A DNA stretch of 64,000 nt from Lama glama (taxonomy: Eukaryota). Location: the NCBI GenBank assembly GCA_028534125.1, contig CM052818.1, positions 21,206,001-21,270,000 on the forward strand. The letters run 5' to 3'. The translations under genes were made by a program, and so were the position numbers. The notes under the pieces were generated by a model. That model ran no database searches. It saw nothing but the letters and a program-made list of their open reading frames with translations, and was not told the DNA's origin. This document shows positions 54,950 through 64,000 of the stretch, one piece after another; position 1 is the stretch's first letter; each line of letters starts with the position of its first letter.

Positions 54950-57900
54950 TGGCCCCGAGGCCAGGCCCACCAACTGCTCGGGGGAGGAGGCAAGAGGAGG
55001 GGGCCAAGAGTCCGCGGGCATCGGTCGGGGCAGGAGGGACCTAAGGCGATGGCGTGGGGGGCTAGATCCAGAGGAGAGGGGCGGGGGTCGGGGGAGCGCG
55101 CAGGGTGGAGGAGGGGGGGTGCGCTCTTTAAGAGCCACACGGCTGGCAGAAGCGCGCGGCCCGGTGCTGGTAGCGCATTGACCCCGAAGGGGATTTAGCG
55201 GGAAGGGAGCGGCCGGGCTCCGGGGGCTTTGTGCGGGGGCGACCAGAGAGGCCGAGGCACAAGAATAAGGAGCGACTGCATCTTGAAAGGCCGCGCTGAG
55301 GCAGCGGCGCTGCCGCTCTTGACTTCTTAGCACAGCTTAGAAAGCCTGTCCCGGCTTAAGCCGAACTGCCGGTACTGGGCCCTGAGCGCCTAGTCCCAGG
55401 GCTAGGAGCTCCTGGCCTCGGGATAAGGGGGGCACGAGGGGCGGCGTGGGACCTGGCAAAGTTGCTTTTGGCTCTGCAGCCGCCCGGCCCTAGTGCAGGA
55501 CTGCGAGCCTGACAGGCCACGCTGGGCATGGCCAAAGAAAGAATTTTCTTTTTCCAACTTCGGCGTTTGGTTTTGTGTGTTCACCTTGCGCAGCTGCGGA
55601 GCCGACCGACCCCAGTGGACTCTCAACAGGTGGCCAAGTAAGTCCATTTAAGAATTCTGGCTATATCATCAGCCCCTTCCCGGCCTCCTTCCCCTTCCCT
55701 TCCCAGTTTCCCCCCTGGCCGCTCCGAGTTCCCCGTGCTTTCCCGCGGGCGAAGGCGAGAGGAGGAAGTAGGGGAAAGGGGTGGCGGCGCTCTCTCCCTG
55801 GGGGTCCTCCGGCTCCCAGCTGCAGCCCAGGACAGCTCCACCCAATACCCCCGTGGCCCGATCACCCTTAGCTCCGTTGTGGGCCCTGGTGCCCCAAGGT
55901 ATGTCTGCTGGGGGTGGGGACCGCGCCGCAGCACCTCAAGAGCAAAGCGGGCAGGAAGGGGGTCGGCGGGACCGGTGGCCGCGAGGCTTTTTTGTGGGGG
56001 CTTGAGACAGAGACTCAACTACGCACCCTCTTTTATGAGAGACTGGGATCCGGCCCGGGGAGCCCGCGCCAGCTGTACAATAGCTCGCAGAAGAGCGGCT
56101 CAGTTGTTGGGTTGGGGAGGTGGGAGAGGTAGATAGAGCAGAAGAGGGAGGAGGGGGAAGCAGAGAAAGGCAAAGGCAAGAAATCTCGGGCGTCCGAGTG
56201 AAAAGTCGGAAAATGTCCTCAGAGCGCGCGGGAAACCGAGGCGCGCGCTCTCACGGGCGCACATCCTCTCCCTCTCACACACACACTCTTCCACAGCACT
56301 CACACCCACTCCACACACGCGGCCTTGCCAGTGCGGGGTCTTCAGCCCCGACGCCCAATCCCAGTCGGGACGAAGTCTCCCTCCTACTCCCCCTCCCCTG
56401 CTGCCAAAAGCCCTTCCACCCGGCCACCGTTGCCCCGAGAATGACTGAAGGGGCTAGGAGGACCCTCCAGGGCTGGGGCGCTGGGAGGATCTTACCTGCG
56501 GAAAGGTAAGGGAAGCCGGGAGCTGGAAGCAGCGGCGGATAAATATTCATTAGGAAGTGTAAGTGTCTCCTTTTAAACCGCGCGGTGCGCGCTCTGGCTC
56601 CTATCTCTCTCTCCCTCCCTCTGTCCTCTTGTGAGGCTCTCTCCCCCTCTCGCTCAGTCTCCCCCCACCCCCACCCTTTCCTGCGAAATGCCGGGTGGAT
56701 CCCTGTCTAGCTAACCTGTTGGAAAGCCTGAGCCGCGGGCAGCGCCTCCACAGCTGTTTGCCTTCGCTCTTGGGGCGCGTGTTCCCCATCCTTCCTCCCT
56801 CCTTTCGCCCAACCCCTTACCCCCTCCTAAATTACTACATCATTAGCTTTATTTTCCGGTGGAGGGGGGGTGAGGTAACGGCACAGCCGTTAAAGCATCT
56901 CCCCAAAGCAGAGCGAAAAGCTGGCGCTATCAGAAGCTGCCCCAACTCCATCTCCACCTCCACATCCCCACTCAGTCTAGTTTCTGTTCCCCCTCTTTCC
57001 ATCCCCACGTCCATCCTGTACCAGCACAACTCCACCATCCCTCCCTCCCCCGCCGTCAGTCCGGATCCCCGGCTGGGTCCGCAGTGAGATGTCAGGTCTG
57101 TAGGTCCAGGGAGCCGAGGTTTGGACTTCACCCTGCACTCGGTGTGGGGGTAGCTCTCCGAGTCCACCTTTCCCACGTAGGTTTTCTAGGTTGACCCTGA
57201 GTGGGCACCTGGGCAGCTTGGACCTTACGGTCAGAACACCAGAGGCGCATATCAAGGGCCTCACCTCGCAAGGCCTCAGGGCCCCCGGGCCTTGGCCCTT
57301 TGGCCGGGCTTGGGAGGTTGCATAGAGGGCGGGGGAGAAGTGGCCTCACTTTGTGCGAATGCGCAGGACAGACCGACGGACTGACAACCGCCTTATACGA
57401 ACTGACCTGAAGTTAGCCGCGAGTACGCGTCTTTCTCTCTCTCACTCACGAGGAAACACATCTACAGAGTTCCAGGAAAGCACCGGTTCCCTCACGATCC
57501 ATGCGAGAACAGCTTCCAGTTGCAGGCGAGCCACCCCATCCCCATCCCCGCACGCCGGAGGCCAGCATTCCCGCCGCCGGCTTCGGAGACTAGAAGACGG
57601 GCGGGCCCGCAAGGCGGCTCCCGGCGGAAGGATACATCGCAAGATAGTCGCAGCACGACCCCGACCACTCTCCTTGGTACCCTTCCTTCCCGTTCGAGGC
57701 CCCTAGGCCTCTCCAAGGGCTCTAAGGGATGGCGTGGCCCCAAGGTGCTTAGGGGTGGCCGGGGCGCACGCTCCGGCAGCGGGCTGAGCTCGGCGCGCCG
57801 AGGTGGGGGCGGTAGGAGGGGCTGAGGGGGCGGGCCCAGGCCAGTTCCCAGTTACAAATACAGCAGCTCCCGGGAGGCCACAGAGGAGAGCTTCGCCCCC

Positions 57901-58130
57901 AAACACGTAGTTTACTCACCCCGAGGCGCCTTGACTTCCACTGTTGGGTCCTGCAACTTCTCCCGGATCCCAGGGCGCCCTGCGCCAGTTGGTGGCCTGC
58001 GTGGAGAGTACGGTCGTGAGACTCAAGGCGACCTCGTGGATCCCCCCTCCCATTTGCCCCGGCTTGGCCAAAATCCACCAGCAGAGATGCTAAAAGCTGT
58101 TTCGACCCTTCTGGAAGGGAGCGAGGCGCA
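54950..58130. promoter_or_regulatory. Upstream CpG island
   Basis: Extended CpG-rich, repeat-free sequence. Confidence 0.7.
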
Positions 58131-60399
58131 GGATCTTTGGAGGATCTCCCTCTTCCTGGAAAGTTAGGAAGATGGGGAGATGAAGGTGTTCGAGAGAGCT
58201 CTGAAAGCCTTATTAACCTTGCGCCCCACCTAAATTCCTGAGTTTACACTCGCACACTTCTTCCTCCCCATACAGACTCAGGAGGTTGTATACATCCAAG
58301 CTCAGGCTTAAACTGAGTCACCTGACTGTACACGGAACACACATGCAGTTGTACCCTAGTGCACACGGGAGAATTAGAGGAAAGACAACAGCAGAATTTG
58401 AGGGAAAAAGAAGTGTCCCCAGACAATTATTCGAATGCATGGGTGCACATCTAGTTGTGCAGATGCAGACAAAAGCCACAGTGCCCGCGCGGAGTGACCC
58501 TAGCCACAGGCAGATGTGCAGGAAGCCACACACAAGGAGAGTGGCCCCAGCGAGGATGCAGAACTCGAGGCCAAGGGCTTCCAGGTAGAGGGACCTTGGC
58601 TCCCAAGGAACTTTGTTGAGCCGACTTGGTGAAAGGTTTCAGGTCAGGTCGTGAAGACTAGAAAGCGCACCACATCCACCCCAAAGCGGACACTCGGCCT
58701 TCTGCTAAGCTGGGCTGGAGACACGCAGAGGAGGGCAGTCCAGGAAAGATTCATTTTGACTCAGATTACTTATCATTCTTGGTTTAGGAGATTGTGTTCT
58801 GAAGAAAGATAGGGTGGAGAGCATAGATGCCCTCATTCAATGCTGGGAGATTCCTAATTCTTAATGGGGATGGTCAGCTCTAATTAGGGCCTGAATGAAG
58901 TTGGAGAGCCCTTATTTTGCCCCTTTCTTTCCTTTTTATGCTAAGTTTAGTAGTTAAAAAGAAACAGCTCAGCTCCACACCTTCCTGCTCTCTCTTCCAC
59001 CCCAATCTCCTTTACATCAAGTAAGTCCACAAAAGAAAACTCCAAAGCAGACTGAATTATTTGGTTTATCAAACTATTTGTGTGTGTGTGAGAGAGAGAT
59101 ATTGGGATGTTCTCACTCTTCTGCTCAGTTCCAAACAGAGCCCACTGTCCTGGTCCTGGTCGAACTACAGGGTTTGGAAGAGGGATTCCTAGAGTGGCTC
59201 TCCCCAAAGGCCCCGCAAGTAGGCAGGATTGATTCCAGTTTCAGCTCCTTTTGCCTGCCCAATCCCAGCAGACCTTCCAGAAAGTCACCACCATGGTCTT
59301 CTTGCAGAAGAGGCAGGCACCCTGGATGCAGTGATGCTCTCTTTCCTCTTCACTTCCCTCCCCACTCTCTAAAAGTAGAGGGTAAGTTTGGGAAGATTCT
59401 TTTAGATGGGGGGGGGGCGAAGGAGATGACTTTCTGGGCTAGCAAGTGGATGACCACCCTCCAAGGGGCAGAGGAAGGTCCCTCCCGTAAAGAAGAGATG
59501 AGCGACCCAGAAAACACGGCAAGAGGACATGACACGTTGAGGCAGATGGAGTTGCCCCAGAAATGTAGGGCATGGGGTTTAGGGTATGAGTATAGAAGAA
59601 TTTCTTCCCTTTTGGGGACAAACACTGCTTTCCCTCCCCTTCCCTACTTTTAAGTTCTGGAAATTTTAACGAGTTGTTCTCACAGATGTTTTGAACAATA
59701 AAGAGTGAAAATCACTTTAGAGTCAATTAATGTTCCTCAATAGGACAGTTTCTTCCAAGACGTTTCTCTTTCCCCAGGTCTGTTTTTTTTTTGTTTAATT
59801 CTCTAATAAGAGTCCACCTGCCGTCACACCTCAGAAAAGAGAGAGAGAGACAAATAAGGAGACCATTACTCCCCAAGCTGAAATGTAACTTCCATTCCCT
59901 GTAGCTGAGATTCAGGATGCATGGAGGCAAACTCATTTCCCTTGGGGCATTTCTCCCCTCTTTGGGTAGTTACAGACTTTCTAATAAATAGCAATCGGCA
60001 TTTTAGAGGTGGAAATGTTGGCTATTACCACTGAATTCTACAAGATTCTTCAAATTCTGCTGGTCTGATTTATAAAACTGCAAGTACATAGCTAAGCTCA
60101 CTGCAGTATTTATCACTCAAGCAGAAAAGCGGCTCGTTTTCTCTTGGCCCCAAATGCCCCATGTACGGTCACTAGAGAGAGTTTATTTTTCTCTGTGTTT
60201 CCTAAACACCCTTGTCACCTCTGCCCGAGCCACTAGGCTCGGGTAGAACTACTACGGAGGTTTGTGACCTCTGGAATGGGGTGCTCTGTGGTGGTAGCTT
60301 TCTGTTGTAATGAATTCTTAGTGATTGTGAGTTCTCGCTCTCTTTTTCCACCCCAAATGAGCTTTCTAGAGTTGCCTGCGTCTTCCCCGCCAGAAACCG

Positions 60400-62700
60400 G
60401 CCGCCCAGATAGAAGCTATCCATTTCCGCTGCCCAGGGCAAAGGGCTGAACTTTGATGTCGGGTCCAGGGCTAGGGCGGGAAAGTGAAGGGGCTATGCGG
60501 GTGGGGGGAGGGGGCAAGCGTAGCTTTCAATAGTAAACTTAAAATAACCAGATACCCATCTAATCCCTTCCATTAACAGTGTCAATGCACTAGAGAGGCC
60601 GTCTCACCTCCAAAGGCGTCTTCACCCCCGGAGGGCCCGGGCTTCCAGCCACAGCCCAACAACACTGGGCCCGCGCGCCAGAGAGGAGGTGCTCCTACGG
60701 CAAAAATCCCATACATTTTTAACTACAGTGATTACTAAATTAATAGCAGGCACTAAGACAGATGTCAAAACGTCTTGAAAATGTTTATCTGTGAATAATT
60801 GAGAAGGTGGTGGGACGCATTATCTGATTGTGTAATGAAATATGTATGAGGAACAGCTGTTTGCAACAGTCCCCTCCCGCCGCCTCCTCAGCCGGGTCCT
60901 TCTCTTGGAAGCAGGATTCGGCGAAGTTGGTCGGCCGCTTCTGTCCACTTGGGAGCCCGCTTGGCCCTCCGGGGCTGCTGGCAGAGCTGTGGTTCTAGAG
61001 CGCCCCGGGGTCACCCCCATTTCCTGGCGGAGGACATCATCGTGGAGTCACGCCTCCGCCTCGCTCTTCTGGCTTTGGTGGTGGGTGAGGCTGCACCAAC
61101 GGCGGAGCTGGCCTTCGCGCCTTCGGGCCGGGCCCCGGGCTTGGCCTGTGCAGCACAAGGAAAGCACGGGCTCGGGCGGCGGCGGAGGCCCTGGCTCCCT
61201 GGCGTGCGCCCCCCCCCCAAGTGGAGCGGCCTGCTCTGAGTAGAGGGCCCGGGGTCACCGTGGGGTGACAGGGCTCCCGAGGGGGCTTTGTTCTGCTCTG
61301 AGGCCACACTGAGCACTTCCTTCCAGCCCAGGGCGGGTCCCCACCCCAGGCCTGTGCGCCGGCCCTGTTTGTTTTACCAGCACCCCCCCGCCCTCCAGCT
61401 GGACACGCAAACGGCCATCGGGGCGGTGTGAGCGGCCCGAGACCGTGGCCTGAGGCAAGTCCGAGGCCCGCTGGGCCCGGAGCGGTGAGCTCTGGTCCCA
61501 CAGAAAGCGAAGTGCGGGAAGAAACAGTGCTGGGCCTTTCTGGATTTCTGGGGCAGGGGTCAATCGGGCCGAGGAGGTGGCCAAATGGGGCGCTTGGCCT
61601 CGACGGGCGGCCAAGGCCCAAGTCCCGGGCTCCGAAGTGGGTGGGCGGCCTGTGCCGCCTTCCACCCCACTGCCGCCGGCCCTGTTCCCCCGGCCCCCGC
61701 CTGGCAGAGTGGCTTCAGCGCGGGTACTTCACGAGGACCAGCCCCCACTTAGGCCTGGACCTTGAATTTGGTGTCAGCCACACCGCTAGACCCGGTGACC
61801 CCCGTGTGTCCTCTTCGCCGCGTTCCGGGCGCCGCTCACAGCGGTGGAACCGAGACCCGGGCGCGGCGCTACTCGCGGCCCCCGGCCGGGCCATAGGCCT
61901 CTGCCTCTGCGGCCTCCCGGGCCCTCGCCCTCCCCAGCCCGCAGCCTCGGGTGCCGGGGGCCCCTGGCCGCACCGGGGCCGAGAGCAGAGGAGCCTGGTC
62001 CAGCTCACCGAGGAGCCGTGGCGCCGGGACAGCGAGCGTCTACGCGGCTTCCACCGGCTGCCTAGCAGTCGAGATGCGCTCGGGCGTTATTTCTCGAGCG
62101 TCCCTCCTTTTACCTAATCCCTTATGCTTTTATTCTAATCCCACACATTACAGTTAATCTGTAATGATACCGCTTCGGAGGAACCTGTTGCATAGGAGGC
62201 CCGGTAATTTGTAACCTTGGAAACAGTTTGAAATAAAAATTGTAACAGTGATGTCAACTGTGTTTATTCCTGGCGCGGGGGGTAGGCTGGGGGCCCGGCA
62301 GGCCCTGGGTGGAGAGGACGGAGTCTGGGAGAGAAGGGAGTCTGGCGCGTGCGGCTGAGGCGAATGGGCAGCGGTCCGGGCGGGAGGCCGAAGAGCATCA
62401 GACCCGCTCCAGTTGCTCCCGTCCGGCGCCTGGTGTCTTTTGAGTTTCTCCCTTTGGGAAATCGCGTGATCTTAAACCGCGAGGCTCGGAGAGACAGGAA
62501 CGGTTGGCACAATTGAGGAAAACTTGGTGAACTTGAACCACTGAGTATTGCGAATTAGCATTCAGCCCGGCCCTGCGCCCCTGAGAGGGACGCCGAAGCT
62601 GCTGAGAGCAGAGAAAGGGCGGCTTGCAGGACCCTTCGGCTGCGGGAAGGCAGAGCCGCATCTGTACCGATCGCTCTGCGCTCCGAGCTTCCTCCTCTAA
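60400..62700. promoter_or_regulatory. Upstream CpG island with AT-rich inserts
   Basis: CpG-dense with embedded TAAT-rich blocks at 60700-60860 and 62110-62270. Confidence 0.7.
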
Positions 62701-64000
62701 TAAACACACCAGCAATTTCAGCAACAACAACCGAAAACTGTTCGCACACCGAAAGCAAAATTAAACATAATTGCTTTTATTTATCTATTGCTTTTATATC
62801 ATTAAAATATTTTTAGTTACATTGTATGAAATAGCATCCACTCTGATTATTACCTGCCATATCTGTTGATCCGCTTTTTGAGTACTCAGCCCAGAAATAT
62901 TAACAATTAAGAAAAAAAGCACATCTTATATATTGTATCTGTCAAGATATGTTACAATTTCCATTAACAAAAAACATTATTCTTGTTGAAGAAGCTATGA
63001 AGCATATCTTTCATGAACACTTTATTAATAATCATAGTTGTCAAAAAGAATTAGATATGCACAGATTGTAGATGCAAAGGAAATATTAGATGCACAGAAT
63101 AAAATATACAGTGGGATTGAGGCATAACTATTTTTCTTTTTAAAATAAATTTTTTACCCAGGTGTAAAAAAAAACTGAGCTATTAAGCTTACTTAAAAGA
63201 TGGCTTTGTTGGTTTAATTATACTGTAGTTATTTTATAAATATGTTTCAAAGGAAGCTTGCCATATTGCATGTCAATGAGGACTGTAAAGAAAAGCTCAC
63301 AAAAGCTAATGCATACCAAATACCAAATTTTAGTCATTAGCATTCCTATTTATTACAAACTAAAGAAACCTATTAACAGACAAGAATTTCTATTTAGCTA
63401 GCATTACAATGTTTGGCCATTAAAATAAAAAGGGCAAAGTATATACGTATTTTTCCCCTTGGAACTATATGTTCTTTTTGCCTAGAAGCTCCGGAGAGAT
63501 TGGAAGATGTTTTTCATTGGGGAAACACTGTTCTACTGTGGGGATGGGCCAGAGGACCCAAAACCACTATTTTTAGTTACCGAGCTTAATGCTATTCATT
63601 TGGAAGCAGCAACGGTGCAGGGCTGGGCTGGGCTGTGCAGCTTGCTGAGGGCTGCGTAGTAACCACAGTCTGTAAGGGGCCCTTTGTCTTTAATTTGTGT
63701 CAGGAGCATATGCAAATTATTAATTGTTTTTCCTCTGGGGGAGGGAGTGCATAGCAATGGTAATACTGCTTTTGTTTGGATATTAAAATTTCCTTAAATG
63801 CTCCCTGGGTAGGGTACTTCTCCCAATGCGATTCCCCTAGTTGGAAAGCCCACCACCTCAGTGAATACAAGCATATTAATTCTAGAAATGAGCACGTGTA
63901 GATTTGTCATTTCAAAAACCTTTTCCTTTGAGCAAAAGGGGCAATTCTGCTCTCACACCGGAAGTAAGTGAATATATAAATACATTTTTCTTCTGAATGC

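Overview
Mammalian genomic DNA containing the complete two-exon homeobox gene SIX3 on the minus strand (CDS join 48933..48125, 46292..46100; 1002 nt, 333 aa). The young SINEs resemble the tRNA-derived camelid vic-1 type, so the source is probably a camelid (inference). The left ~34.5 kb is the repeat-rich region 3' of SIX3, which in other mammals is the SIX3-SIX2 interval. It holds nested L1, ERV-L/MLT2 with integrase and dUTPase relics, MaLR LTRs, L2, MIR and at least nine young SINE copies. The right ~29 kb is nearly transposon-free and has CpG islands, the SIX3 promoter, probable antisense lncRNA sequence and AT-rich enhancer-like blocks. SIX3 is the only intact protein-coding gene I can support, and I found no convincing novel multi-gene system. 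The best observations are structural or regulatory: a divergent CTCF motif pair, a 45-bp dispersed duplication inside an LTR, a SINE with an inverted B-box, a probable retrocopied 3' UTR, an RFX/NF-Y/TALE promoter module, a stop-free in-frame 5' leader, and a non-canonical poly(A) signal. Repeat family names come from recall of consensus sequences, and repeat boundaries are approximate.
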